DNA of 64,000 nt, from the NCBI GenBank assembly GCA_946965045.2, contig OX337235.1:1736001-1800000 (forward strand), written 5' to 3'. The notes below the pieces were generated by a model. It searched no databases. It was not told the origin of the DNA and was given only the letters and a program-made list of their open reading frames with translations. The stretch comes from Epithemia pelagica (lineage: Eukaryota > Protista > Bacillariophyta). This document shows positions 1 to 11,960 of this stretch, piece after piece; positions within the stretch are counted from its first letter, which is position 1, and every line of letters starts with the position of its first letter. The position numbers and the translations under genes are program-made.

Positions 1-1278
1 GGTCGTGAGTTCCGACGCTGTGGCGCGTTGTACCTGAGCCGTGGTAACCGTGTTGCGGGACACTCGGTTTTTAAAAGTATCTTCGTCAAGCAATGGATCT
101 ACATCTTCCAATTCGCTCTCTTCACTGGTTGGGGAAGGTACTTCCACGTCTTCCAATTCCAAGCGACGAGCTGGGGTGAAAGCCGTTTGGGTTGCATCAG
201 CTTGGAGCTGCTCTACCGATTTGTGACGAAGAGGCGTCCCTGGCAAAGCGCTACTCGCTAGCTCCCTTTCCTGACCCTGCATCTCGCCACTGAGCATTGC
301 GAACATAGACGACCATAGCCATACGGGCTTATGAGCTTGGAGCATTTCTTGAACCTTGGAGCGACCCAACCGAGTTGTTTCCAAGAACGGGTCTTGAAAA
401 GCAAGCGTCGGAAGCTGGCCATGGTTAAGATTGCCTTTCGGCACAGGGACGCAAATGAACAAACATTCTTCGATGCCTTGGTCTCGAAGACTGCCCAGGA
501 ACGAAGATGCCTTGCGATGCGATTTCTTGGGGCACTGGCCCTTGAGATGGAGGCAAAACTTGCCCGCAACTCCCACGACTGCACCACAAAACTTGTCTTC
601 CTTTAAATCCACTGCAAATAGAGCAACCGAATTTTGCAACTCGGCAGGATAGTTCACACTAGGGTTAGTCTCAGCAATCGCGGGAAGCTCACCTTTCGTA
701 AGATTGGACCGAGCGTCCGGATGGAAGGACACTTCTCGCGTCTCCGCGAGGCCGTAATCCGCAAACTGACTCGTGTCGCGAGCCACCTTAGCCGCTTCCG
801 GTTTAACGATACTCTTGAACAAACTAGCGGAAGATTCGCGTCCCTCGTTCGAACTTTCCTGCACCGAGAAACGATTCGCAGCCTTAGCTTCCACGCAAAG
901 AGTGGCCGCAAGCAAATCCGTCTCCGTGAGACCGCCTAACGAGAAGGACTCGCGACTTTCCGTGCTCGCACCGGGATCCATCGTGGCATCCACTAAGAAC
1001 TGGTCCCCAAACGAACGACCGGAGGGCACGGACACAAAATCCCCCCCCATACTAGCCGACGCAGAGCCACGAGAGCCCCGCGCCGAAGGGTCCTGCACAG
1101 TCGATACGCCCACCCCCAAGCCAAGGTCCGACAAAGCCACCGCGAGTTCACCCGAAGGAGACGTGAGCGGCGGAGCAGGAGGCGGAAAAGACACCGGGGA
1201 AGCGGAACGCTCAGTACGCGAACCAGAACGCAAATCGCGATAAAGCGAAGCGCGAGCAGAGAAGCCAGACGAAGACAT
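1..1278 (-). CDS. Hypothetical protein, at least 426 aa, truncated by the window edge and absent from the ORF track; contains a C-x10-C-x6-C-x4-H motif; possibly TE-derived
   Basis: ATG at 1278 on the minus strand; the frame translates without a stop to position 1 (MSSSGFSARASLYRD...FCGAVVGVAGKFCLHLKGQCPKKSH...EDTFKNRVSR). Confidence 0.7.
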   Translation of the reverse strand, partial: MSSSGFSARASLYRDLRSGSRTERSASPVSFPPPAPPLTSPSGELAVALSDLGLGVGVSTVQDPSARGSRGSASASMGGDFVSVPSGRSFGDQFLVDATMDPGASTESRESFSLGGLTETDLLAATLCVEAKAANRFSVQESSNEGRESSASLFKSIVKPEAAKVARDTSQFADYGLAETREVSFHPDARSNLTKGELPAIAETNPSVNYPAELQNSVALFAVDLKEDKFCGAVVGVAGKFCLHLKGQCPKKSHRKASSFLGSLRDQGIEECLFICVPVPKGNLNHGQLPTLAFQDPFLETTRLGRSKVQEMLQAHKPVWLWSSMFAMLSGEMQGQERELASSALPGTPLRHKSVEQLQADATQTAFTPARRLELEDVEVPSPTSEESELEDVDPLLDEDTFKNRVSRNTVTTAQVQRATASELTT

Positions 1279-1570
1279 GGGGGCGGTGGCAGGGCGAAAT
1301 CGACAACAAACAAAATTCAGATAGTCACAAGAAGAGATACAATACCTGCAACGTATAGCACCTCAACCAACAATCAACCTGAAAGACAGTGACCCGATCA
1401 ACTTTCATTCCAAAGTTGAGTTCATGCAAACTGGTAGATCTTTGATCTTCAAGATACGCACGAAATCTCTTTGGGATATTCGGTCGCTTATTCGACCCGT
1501 GTGTCAGTTGTTCATTCGTCAGTTTACCTCTTGATTCTTGTATTGCCAGATTAGCTTGAGCACATTAAGA

Positions 1571-1714
1571 GTTTCCAGTCGTGTGTCCGATGTTTCCACG
1601 TTGTTTCCATTTGATTCCACTTGTTTCCATTGTTTCCAGTCGTGTTTCCACTTGTTCCCGATGTTTCCAGTCACGCTTCCAGTTTTGGCGATATGTTTCC
1701 ACTCGTGTTTCTAG
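1571..1714 (+). repeat. Cluster of degenerate TGTTTCCA repeats
   Basis: About ten copies of (T)GTTTCCA or close variants within about 145 bp. Confidence 0.75.
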
Positions 1715-2396
1715 AAAAGTCATTAAATATTTTGTTTACCCCTGTGTCGTAGAGGACTCAAATTCATGTCCTTGTTTCTAATTTAAATAAATAATAGAGT
1801 GTGTGTGGTTCGCATCTTCAGAAACATATCATCACCACTAATTGGAAAACTCAATGCTTAAAAATCCTTATCCCTATAATAGGAAGCAGTCATTTTGGCC
1901 ACTGGGAACAATATTCGTAGGTGTCCCTGTGACTGATCATCGGCAAGTGTGTTGGGCCAGATTTTTAAGTCCCGTTTCTCCCATCGATTCGTACAATCAA
2001 TACTCCTATTCGTCTGAGTTCAGTATGAACGGGACGGGTGGGCCGGAAGGCTTGGGGTCTGGGGTGGGAATTTCCAGAAAGACCAGCTGTTCCGAAAACG
2101 GACGGACACTAGAGTAAAAAGTACAATTGAGCAAACATGGCGGTTGATGAAACGGTTAAATATATAAGGCAATGATATAGAAATGAATATTTTAATGGTC
2201 AGTCATGGTATGATTTGGAGGTGCACCTACAACCGCGTAATTTGCGAGTAAGGTCTCACCCTTGACGTATCCATCATATTAATGTACGACTCCCAACCAT
2301 CGATCTATGACCACTACAAGCGTTTTTGTGTTGAAGCCTGTAATTTGACGTTGAATGACGTTACTAGCATCACTCATCACTCTCCAAAATCGCTAA

Positions 2397-3105
2397 GGGG
2401 GTATGTTATCGGGCGCGCGGAGCATGGGCGGAGCATGGATATGGGGGGAGCAATGCATGCTCCACGATGCATGCTCCGCGCGTCTATATTATCGGTGGGC
2501 GGATGCAGAGATGCGGAGCATGCGCGGCGCGCGCGCTCAAAATCCTGGACCGTCATGGAAACGCGTATGGGTCGCCTTAAGTATGGAATCGAAAAGGAAG
2601 GAGAAGAGCAACTTTGGGAAGACGATGGCAAGCAAAGGGGTGGTTTCCGGACACAATAATCATTCCCTTTATAGACTACTTATCATTTAGAGTATCCATT
2701 GGATATTTCACCTGTTGTTCTGTTGGCCCTACGAGCTCATGTGGGAAAGACACGTCAATTTCCATGCTCTATGGAAACACAACCTCCACCATGAGGATGG
2801 AAAAGACTCCTAAAGAGCAAGGCAGCAACAGTTGGCCGACTATATGTCCTTGTCTACAATACTAGTGCCTAGATAGACTCTGTCATCGCTTTTGTCCATG
2901 ACAAATCCATCATCGGAAGACTTCGACTGTTCGACGCATTGAGTGTGTGGTGTGTGGGCGCGTGATTTTGCTTCCAACCATGCTCCACCCGCACTCTTCC
3001 TCCGCATGTAAATTTTGCGGAGGAAAGCTCTATATCCGGGTTGGTTTGGCCTTTCCGCCCATATCATGCTCCGCACATGCTCCGCGCGCCCGATAATATA
3101 CCCCT
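2397..3105. mobile_element. Tourist-like (PIF/Harbinger-type) MITE, about 709 bp, non-coding
   Basis: Imperfect TIRs of about 45 bp (GGGGGTATGTTATCGGGCGCGCGGAGCATG at left, CATGCTCCGCGCGCCCGATAATATACCCCT at right). TAA lies on both sides (2394-2396, 3106-3108). GCGGAGCATG motifs recur internally. Confidence 0.8.
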
Positions 3106-3828
3106 TAAGTCCTCATCCCCATGAAATACACCATGACGAACAGTCGGCCGCCGCAACAGCAAACAAGGAAAAGGGGTAGTAGTACCAAAGGGGGACTGGA
3201 CATGGTACGGAAACGATCGAGGGAAGAGGAAGACGATAGCAATTCCACCACTCCAACACCAAACGAGCAGCCGCCGCCACCGGCAAACAACTGTGTGTCA
3301 CCATCACCGCCACCAGCACGACGCCGAATCTTGTAGATTCCAAAGCCCACCAAGGAACAAGGAACCCAACAGCAGCAGCAGCAGCATCGGTAGCAGCAAC
3401 GAGCTCAACGGGCAGTTGCAACAAACCATAGTACCAACATACGAATAACTACAGTAAGAGTGACATCCGAGAATCTCTGTCGACGGGTTGACTTGTTGGA
3501 ACAACAAGCACAGCAGATTATGTCGACAACAACAACGACAGAGGATCCCATGTCTCTCCTCCATCACAGAAAAGAAAGGTTGCTACCACAATGAGGGAAG
3601 CGCCAACAGCGACAGCGGATGACAACAAGACGTTGGTGGCACCACCAAGCGCTGCTTGTTGTTCCGCCGATGCTGAGTTTACTCGTCGCTTGGTGGCGGG
3701 ACTGCAGAATCCTCAACTGATGGCGGCACTTCGAGAAGCATTCGCTTCCAAATTCGAGGAGCTCAAAGGAAAGTACCAGCATCTTGAAGGAAAGTACCAG
3801 CAGCTCAAAAGGAAAGCATGTTTCCTCT

Positions 3829-3897
3829 GTTCTTGTGACTCTTTTCGTTTAGTCTTCGAAAATTTTTCTAAGAGTAAACGAAAAGAGTCACAAGAAC
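3829..3897. repeat. Hairpin with 23-bp perfect arms
   Basis: GTTCTTGTGACTCTTTTCGTTTA (3829-3851) is the exact reverse complement of 3875-3897; the spacer is also partly self-complementary. Confidence 0.85.
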
Positions 3898-5702
3898 GAA
3901 ACAAATCATTTGGCGAGCGATTCATGGACTGGCGTTCTATATTGATGATGAAGATAAGGAATCTTTAATGAACTGCCCAGTTCATTAAATATTCCTTATC
4001 TTCATGATCAATATCAACATTTTGTCGCATGACGGTGATTTCATCAATGCCATCTATCGAACTCCGGACGGAAAGTCAACGAACCAAGACGGAAATAGCT
4101 TTCAGAAAACAACACGAGCGATCAAAGAGTACCAAAAACTTTTGGAAGAAAAGTCTGTGGAAAATCTCCCCTGGACCACCTTGGCTGATGCGCTGGAGGA
4201 AATTGTCAAGGCGTTTACATCTAAGGGTGTAGAGGTTATGACAGCGGCGAAAGATGAAGTTGTGACCGAACTCGAAAAATTGGCTGGAGACAAGGCCGAC
4301 AAATGAAAGAAAATCGAAACACAACAGATCCACTCGAACGGAACTTCTCCCAAAATTCGGGGGAGGAAACTCAAACTGTGGTAGTCCTCGAATAATTAAC
4401 CAAACGAGGAGGACGAGTAGTAGCACCGCCCCAATTCACCAAGACGACAACACGAGAAAGACACGAAACGAGTGGCCAAGCAGAATCCGTCCAAGAAATG
4501 TCTTCGTTCGTTTGGAACCACTCGTAAAAGAAACAAGAAAACAAGCAATTTTCGATGCGCCTCCCAAGGAACGAACGGACTTGGACCAGAAACCGACGGC
4601 TCGAGATGAATTGGACTTTGATAAAACGGATGACAATGAGGATGAATCGTCTTTGGTCGTCCGTTGCCTCGTCCCAAGGATCCTCGCAATCGTCCACAGT
4701 CTTGGCATTATCAACATCAACAGTATTGTCGGTGGGGCAACGCAAAAACGGAGTAGGGAATTCCTCTGGTACATAAGAGGAAAGCTCCTCTCGATCCAGC
4801 AGCCGAGGCCATCGCAAACCAACCGCCACCACGAACCCTGCCAAACCGACTGTGGATGCTTTTCGCTAGTCACACGACAATACCCACTCCGCCATGATAC
4901 TCCAAACCAAAACCACGACAACCTCGGATGAATCGGACTATTGAGGCTCAACTGTTGGCGTCCAAAAAGGGCTTTCGTTCGCGACTCTTTTTGGCATCCA
5001 CCGCCCACAACAACAACAAGGACGCGGACCGACGCCACGAAACAGGACGACCATAAGAGTCCATTGTCTAGGGACGAAACATCTCTCTTGTTGTCGTCAG
5101 TTTCCAAGAAGAAGAAGAAGAAGATGGCATTACAATTCCATCACAACAGTAAGGATCCTGACACGGCCGACGATCAAACCACTACCAACGATTCAGTTTC
5201 GGCCCAACACACGTGACAACAACAACAGCAACGGCCTCTGTTGTAATGGCTTCTTGTCGATGTCATTGTCATCACACGGTGGAGATGAAAGTTTGACCAC
5301 CGCAACCGAGAGGGGCAGTTTGGCAATGCCAACCAGTTCCCAAAGCCCACGTCGTCGTCATTGGGACGCACCAAAAGTGCTCGACTCAAACTGCGACGAC
5401 AACAAAAAGAACAGCTGCAGCAGCGGCAACCAAACAAAGAAGGTCTACAGCACCAGGACGATGATGGCGTTCCCCAACAGTCGCGGAGAAAGGTAGGGTT
5501 GTGGACTGCCTCGTGACAATGACCAAAGTTGGACCGTGAATGCTACAATCAATTAATCGAGCATCAGCAGTTCCGTTCCATCCTATTCGTCCCTTTCCTA
5601 CACCTCCTCGTACACGACATCTCATAATAGTACACGAATGACACGACGGCGCTATGTCAATGCCCCCACCACCCACCACACTCCACGACGACAACGAGAC
5701 GG

Positions 5703-6056
5703 TTGCAATCAAAACATGCAGGACCCGTGGAGGAACCACTGGCCGACAACAACGAGAGCATGACCGAGTCGCCCACAGCGCCAGCACCAACCCATAGTAA
5801 AAGACTGTCAACGAATGCAACCAATGGTGGAGTGGGGGCCAATGTCTACAATTTGCAAGACAATGGTCAATTACAACTCTTGGCGGACGAAGTGTCCTTT
5901 TTGTGTGAGGGATTCTGGGAAAATATTGAATCAGGATCCATCCTAGAATTAGCCTGGCTCTTGAGTCTGGAACGCAACCGGAAACTGTTGTGTAAGTCGA
6001 ACCATGTGGAGGCGTGTGCTGGTGCTGCTGCCACCTTCAAGCTATTTTGGATTTGA
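5703..6056 (+). pseudogene. Possible WAPL-domain N-terminal fragment in a frameshifted or degenerate gene
   Basis: GQLQLLADEVSFLCEGF...SILELAWLL resembles, from memory, the start of the WAPL domain (GExQxFxDDIEYLLSGL...SVISLA). Neighbouring frames are broken by stops. Confidence 0.25.
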
Positions 6057-6262
6057 TGGGGCAATTGCCTGTAACTCTCCTTCACCAACAACAGCAACAA
6101 GAACCATCCCTTCTCACCAATACGCCAGAGGATGCCTTGCTCCCCCTGTCTTGTGAAACGACACCAGATGGAGTACCGAATCGAAATGACTACGAATGCA
6201 ACAATCATACGAGGCAAATCGGAAACAAGCGGCGACACCGACAACAACAACAACACCATACT

Positions 6263-6416
6263 CAACAATCCACTCCTCGTTTCGGCCGAACGAAACAACA
6301 TCAACACCAACACCACACTCAACAATTGACAACCAGACGCAAGCTATCCAAAAGAGCAGCATACCAGCGACAACAGCACCCAAAACAACAATCCACTCCT
6401 AGTTTCGGCCGAACGA
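6263..6416 (+). repeat. 31-bp direct repeat within a CAA-rich low-complexity tract
   Basis: 6263-6293 and 6386-6416 (CAACAATCCACTCCT[C/A]GTTTCGGCCGAACGA), one mismatch. Confidence 0.75.
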
Positions 6417-7440
6417 CAACAACACCCAACGCAACCCAAACGCAACAATCAAAAGCTGACAACAAGAGATGAGGATGGAGGAATGACAGATCCATGGACC
6501 AACCAACGCAGCAATCAACCTCTTTGACGAGCAGCGACAACCACAACTAGCAACGACAAGGAGGAGCAACAAGACCAAGAGAAATGACTATACGAGTACG
6601 ATGATGCACAAACAAACTACTAGTCTAGACTTCCTACTGTGAAAGCGAGCAGCGCATATGGAAACCAACCCCCACAACGATAACCTCAACCGACGATCCT
6701 CCCAAAGAAGTAGTAAAGCAAAATGGAGAAGGAAAGCAACAATCAACTACGGTCAACTAGACAGAATAAGATGAGAAAGACATGCAACAATCAAACCAGT
6801 TCCCTTTCTGATTCCACTTTCCCGTCTGGTTCAAAATTCTCCCTCTCTCGCACGCATGTGGCCATAAGTACCATGAACATCAGCAAACCAGTCCTGGTCT
6901 GGGGGTATATCTTGGGTAATTTTTGGATCCGAGTGGCGAAAAAGGGAAACTATCATCACGCTCATCATGTTCGTCCAGTTCCTGTTCCATCCTCATTGTC
7001 AGTTTTTGAACAACAACACGGGTTTATGAAATGAAGGTCTCTTACTTAAAAAAAACCGTTGGTGGAAGCAGACAAATGCAGCGGAATGTCTGCTTAGTGA
7101 TAAGAGTTTCATGTTCATTTCAGGCCCGCCAAGCATCCACCAAAAACACGTCTCTTTAATTCACTCGTACTCCTTAATAATAGACCTATGGCCGCTACAC
7201 ATCATGTAGAGAAAACTACTGCTCCTGAATACGGATACTGAACTCAGCCGTCCTTTACCGCCTTGGCGGTTTCAATTTAATATTATTCGTCGAGGGCAAT
7301 ATAAGTCTACACCACCATTCGTCCAGCAAGTCTTACAAAATTATTACGATTGGGTCTGTCTTCCCCCAATCGTCAATCAACGTCATGGCAACGACCAGGG
7401 CGACCAAAACAAAGTTTCAATACATGAACACATTCTGTTC

Positions 7441-10400
7441 ATGAATCAAAGGACAAGTGGTGGTGTTACCATGCCTTTTTTCGCAAGGACGTTGCATCCA
7501 AAGCCTTTGCGAGGTTTAATCGCGTTCCTTATCTTGATTCAATTCACATTGATCCAATCACAGAATGATAGCTGCGTTCGTCGTTTAGTGCGTGAGAAAG
7601 GGGAAATTGCGGAGCAAATAATTATGAACAACGGCTCGGTTCCAGAAGGATTCTTTCAGGGGTTTGCGGAAGAGTTCATGGGGTTTCACATGAAAACCGA
7701 GCGGACATTGTCCGAAGATGTAAAGCCGACACAAAGATATCATTTTGATTCCGAACGGTGGACCGTTCATCGGACCGACGAAAAATGGATTCATCTGGCC
7801 AATGCCTGCTATCAGCTATACGAAGCGCTGGAAACTCAATTACAAATATCCAAAGAGTCAAAGCAATATTGTATAAATGCTGTGTCGGATTTGTCCAAAG
7901 AGAGAGCGAGGAATTTCCAGTTTGACCGTGGGGACTTTGTCACGTTGGCGCAGAGAATTGGTTCACCACAAGGGGGATCTGATGAAGCCAACATCTCGTT
8001 GAAAATGAGCCAATTTGATGCCTTAAACGTTAACTTCCAAGAAGTTTTTGCTGATTTTGAGTATCAGAAAACTGGAGTTACGTTTGATTTGGCCAGGGAG
8101 AAGATGGTATCGCTGTTTTGTACACGAATGTTGGTCTCGAAAGTGGCACATGCCATGAACCCTCAGATGACAACAAAACTACATGTTGGATTATCTTCCA
8201 GGTCTGTCGTGGACGTCCCTACTCCAGGTGTTCGAAGAGTTCATCCTGGTGCTCCTGCAATAGTGCCCGTTCCCACTCCAGCATCCGTTGCTCGGGATCG
8301 CCAACTCCAAGCGACAAATCCTCCCACAATCAACGATGTAGAATTCAGCATGTGCTTGTTTGACCTTTTTACTTCGGATCAAGAATGCTGCCCCAGAGAC
8401 TCTGCCATTAGTGAAGACGAATTTATTTTTGTTCTCAACAATCGGTTCGATCTGGGACTTCCAGAGGGTTATCCTTTTACCTCTCTCAATAATATCTACC
8501 AACAAGCTTATCGTTCCGTGACTCAGGGGTCTCCGCAAGGTCTTGACATTACTGGTAGTATTCCTGGTACTGCGCCAACAACTTCTCCCACACAAATGGA
8601 TAATTTGAGATTCTTTTGCTCCGAACTCGAACGGGCACACGAGGCTGTCGTGGCCTCGACCGGGCCCGTGCCAACCGCTCCTACAACTCCACCGTTTTCG
8701 GGCTCACCTCGACCCACTTCGACTTTGTTCTTCCGAAATGAATGTAATCTTGCCGTTCTGTACAACGAGGATGACGTTTCCGGCCTGGACGCAACTGAGT
8801 ATGTGAAAGTGATTCAAAGATTGTTGGATGACACTTCTATTGGGACCAATCAGATTACGGGTACACCCTCCTTCACTTTACTCCCTACACCTCTAAAGGA
8901 TCCGTTCAGTTCCTACGGAACAAGCACAATCCCAATACAAGGTTCTCAAGGGCAAAGGAGTTCTGGCTTGAACCTATTTTGCGATAAAGTTGACGCTGCT
9001 ATCCGACAGTATCTCAATCCACAGCCCACTCCTTCTCCAGTAACTGAACCACCTCGTCAATCTCCATCGTCTCCTGTACCAGTTCCCACGAGTAGCCCTA
9101 CATCCAGTTCAAATGTTTGTTTTAACGGTATGGTGGGTGCAGATGTAGACCAATCCGAAACACTCGATGAGGCAGAGTATATTGCCTATGTCAGTTCTGT
9201 CGACGGGACCATTCTAGATGCTGAGACCTCGTTCTCGAACTCGCCATACATTATTCGCGACAATTTTCAATGGATAACAGGTGTTGACGCTGAAGTGGAG
9301 CTGGCTGCCGCCATTGAATCACAGAATAGTGTGCGTCTTACCGTCCTGCGGACAATATTAACCGCGTCCTGTGAGCGAACCGACAGTGTTATTCGCGCGG
9401 TAGCTGGCGGAAATGACGTAGTCTCTCTGCGAGACCATTGTTTTGCAGCCCTCGCTGTCGCCGATGAAAACGAGGACGATGTAATATCGGAAGCAGAATT
9501 CATAGTGTTTGTCAATCGCTTCAGTGGCGTGGAGCAAGGGATAGACTCTATCAGTGACTTGGAGGCGGCATTCCAAATCTTTTTCAATTCAAACAGTGGT
9601 GGCCAGACTTCTCCAGGTATACAGGTTTCGGGTACCAAACCCTTCCAGACACCCACTGATGAGGACCTCCTCAGACTAGATTCCTTCTGCAGTTCGTTTG
9701 AGACCACGCTTGCTGAGGTGCGATCGTCCTCTGTTCTTTTGGAAAGGTGCCGCCTTGCGGTTGAAGGGTCTGACGCAAACGCGGACAATACTCTTTCTCA
9801 GGAGGAGTTTGTAATATTTATAAGCACAATGGCTGGTGAAGATTCTAATGGGCTTGAATTTGGGGAGTTGAGTGAAGATATTCAAGCCTTTTTCCCCAGC
9901 CTAACCGATTCCCTCGACACCGTGGACTTGAACGCCTGGTTGACTGCCCAGACTCTCACTGATTCGCAGCGCAACACAACCGAAAGCACATGTGAGCAAG
10001 CTCTACAGCTTTCAAAGACAATCACTTCAAAATCGGTAGGATCGGAGACCACTACGATCTTTAGTAGCTTCCTTTTCTCCAACACTCAAGGCATTGTGGC
10101 ATCTCAGCTTGAACCTACCGACACCAACCGCCTCGACTTGGAACGAGCCTTTGACCTTTTCGTCACTTCGGAGGTTACTCTTTTATCAGAACTCCCTTCT
10201 CGAAATTTGCGAAGACGCCTCGATCTCGTTGGTATTGTTACCGATTCGTCCGAGCTTTATCAATTTGACGACACAGCATGCGCCGAAATGGGGAATCAGA
10301 CGTGCCAAACGGCCTACGGGAGATTGGAGATGATGTACCGAAACGAAGAGAATGTGGACGCGTTGAGGAACAGAGTCACCGCGACGCTTCAACAAGCAAT

Positions 10401-11547
10401 TCTAGATGGGAAGCTCCAGATTTCTCTTGACGAGGTTAATCCTTCGTCCCCCTTTACAATTTTGGGACCTGGAGCACAAGTCCAACCACCAAGTGATTCA
10501 GACGATGATTTGAATAAGTTGCTCATTGGTCTAATCAGTGGAGCCTTTCTTGTGGCATTGGTATGTGGGGTAATCGTGATCGGAATTCTGGCTCTGAGGA
10601 CAGTTGAAAAACAACGGCAGCGCAGGCGACATGACGAATATCTGTCTTCCAAACAAGCTCGGTTCTCGTTTACAGACAAGCCAAAGCAGGAGCAAGCACC
10701 ACTTGGAACATACCCTCAACGCAAAAGACCATCTACACAGGGACCGCGAGCAAGTCAGCGCCCTTTGCAGGGGCAGGGCCAGCAGCCCTCACGTGGTCCT
10801 CCGGTGTCACGCCCTGGTCAGAAGCAGAGTCAAAAGCAGAAGGGACGGGTAAAGCCTAGTGCTCCCGGTCGTCAGAGTCCTTCCAAGAAGAATGTTTCAA
10901 AGCCACGGCCTCAGCAGAAGGAAAAAGAAAACCTAACACCATATCCGTCGGCTGGCATCTTTTCCAAACAAAAGGAGGACAAAGGTGCAAAAGATGCAGC
11001 GGCTGATAACAATGATGATTTCTTCAATGAAGATTTTATGGATCTGGATGAATTGGAAGACCTCATAGATGACGATGTCGAATCTGAGGAGTTTGACGAC
11101 GAGGTTGATATTGATGATGAGAGTTACCGAAATGAAAGCGGTAGTGGAGAAGCGGAGAGCGCGGCGCAAGGCGACGGAGATAGCTCAGCGAATTCCATGT
11201 CGACAGCTGAACGAAGAAAGAACTACAAGGAAACAATTGAGAATCTTATTCGAGACGTGGTTCCCGATGAGATTGAACATGTCGATGCAATGATGGACCA
11301 GTTTGTTGGCCGGGAGGAAGAGCTTATCAGTACGTTGCGGAACATGGCGAACAACGGGAGCAGCTCGGACGAAGGTTCCGACGAAGAAGATGACTCTGGT
11401 GAGAGTGGAGATTATAGTGCAGATGACTCCGATGAAGAGGGCTCTGGTGATTTTTTTTCTGACGAAGAGTCGTCTGATAGGGAGAGCTACGAAGAAGACG
11501 ATAATATGATGGAGCTGGAGTCCGAATCAGAGTACGATGAAGGGTAG
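7441..11547 (+). CDS. Large single-pass membrane protein with EF-hand-like repeats and an acidic cytoplasmic tail
   Basis: 1368-aa ORF. N-terminal hydrophobic stretch (LIAFLILIQFTLIQS); Pro/Ser/Thr linkers; EF-hand-like loops DVDQSETLDEAEY, DENEDDVISEAEF and DANADNTLSQEEF; TM segment LLIGLISGAFLVALVCGVIVIGILAL; C-terminal VVPDEIEHVDAMMDQFVGREEELISTL motif. Confidence 0.75.
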   Translation: MNQRTSGGVTMPFFARTLHPKPLRGLIAFLILIQFTLIQSQNDSCVRRLVREKGEIAEQIIMNNGSVPEGFFQGFAEEFMGFHMKTERTLSEDVKPTQRYHFDSERWTVHRTDEKWIHLANACYQLYEALETQLQISKESKQYCINAVSDLSKERARNFQFDRGDFVTLAQRIGSPQGGSDEANISLKMSQFDALNVNFQEVFADFEYQKTGVTFDLAREKMVSLFCTRMLVSKVAHAMNPQMTTKLHVGLSSRSVVDVPTPGVRRVHPGAPAIVPVPTPASVARDRQLQATNPPTINDVEFSMCLFDLFTSDQECCPRDSAISEDEFIFVLNNRFDLGLPEGYPFTSLNNIYQQAYRSVTQGSPQGLDITGSIPGTAPTTSPTQMDNLRFFCSELERAHEAVVASTGPVPTAPTTPPFSGSPRPTSTLFFRNECNLAVLYNEDDVSGLDATEYVKVIQRLLDDTSIGTNQITGTPSFTLLPTPLKDPFSSYGTSTIPIQGSQGQRSSGLNLFCDKVDAAIRQYLNPQPTPSPVTEPPRQSPSSPVPVPTSSPTSSSNVCFNGMVGADVDQSETLDEAEYIAYVSSVDGTILDAETSFSNSPYIIRDNFQWITGVDAEVELAAAIESQNSVRLTVLRTILTASCERTDSVIRAVAGGNDVVSLRDHCFAALAVADENEDDVISEAEFIVFVNRFSGVEQGIDSISDLEAAFQIFFNSNSGGQTSPGIQVSGTKPFQTPTDEDLLRLDSFCSSFETTLAEVRSSSVLLERCRLAVEGSDANADNTLSQEEFVIFISTMAGEDSNGLEFGELSEDIQAFFPSLTDSLDTVDLNAWLTAQTLTDSQRNTTESTCEQALQLSKTITSKSVGSETTTIFSSFLFSNTQGIVASQLEPTDTNRLDLERAFDLFVTSEVTLLSELPSRNLRRRLDLVGIVTDSSELYQFDDTACAEMGNQTCQTAYGRLEMMYRNEENVDALRNRVTATLQQAILDGKLQISLDEVNPSSPFTILGPGAQVQPPSDSDDDLNKLLIGLISGAFLVALVCGVIVIGILALRTVEKQRQRRRHDEYLSSKQARFSFTDKPKQEQAPLGTYPQRKRPSTQGPRASQRPLQGQGQQPSRGPPVSRPGQKQSQKQKGRVKPSAPGRQSPSKKNVSKPRPQQKEKENLTPYPSAGIFSKQKEDKGAKDAAADNNDDFFNEDFMDLDELEDLIDDDVESEEFDDEVDIDDESYRNESGSGEAESAAQGDGDSSANSMSTAERRKNYKETIENLIRDVVPDEIEHVDAMMDQFVGREEELISTLRNMANNGSSSDEGSDEEDDSGESGDYSADDSDEEGSGDFFSDEESSDRESYEEDDNMMELESESEYDEG

Positions 11548-11960
11548 CCGTTTGTTACTGTTGGAGTGGACTTGCTTTTCCCGTGGCCCATTAGTTGAGA
11601 AGTCGAGAAGAATTTTGTTCTGGCACATTATCCCATTCACACACTTTGTCCTTCGATCTCGTAATTCTCGTTGCTTATGAACAGTCATGCACTTATTAGG
11701 GTAAGATTTCCATTTTGTTTTGTTCCATTGCCACTTTAATAGAGGAGCACAAGAGGTTGATCATTAGAATAAAAACTTATGAGTGACTATATCATAGAGG
11801 TCAACTACTCCTACTCATTTGTACCGCAACTAGATTTCATCCTTAGATGCTCCTACCTCTGCGCTGACAAGGTATTAAAACATTGTATCCGTGCCACAAA
11901 GATGCAACATACCACGCATCACCCCCAAGATTCCAGACCAGTATATCATCTCAAATTGGT

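Noticed and set aside
2015-2027. 13-bp inverted match CTGAGTTCAGTAT with about 7236-7248
   Set aside because: Short and isolated, with no TSD or extended similarity; compatible with chance.
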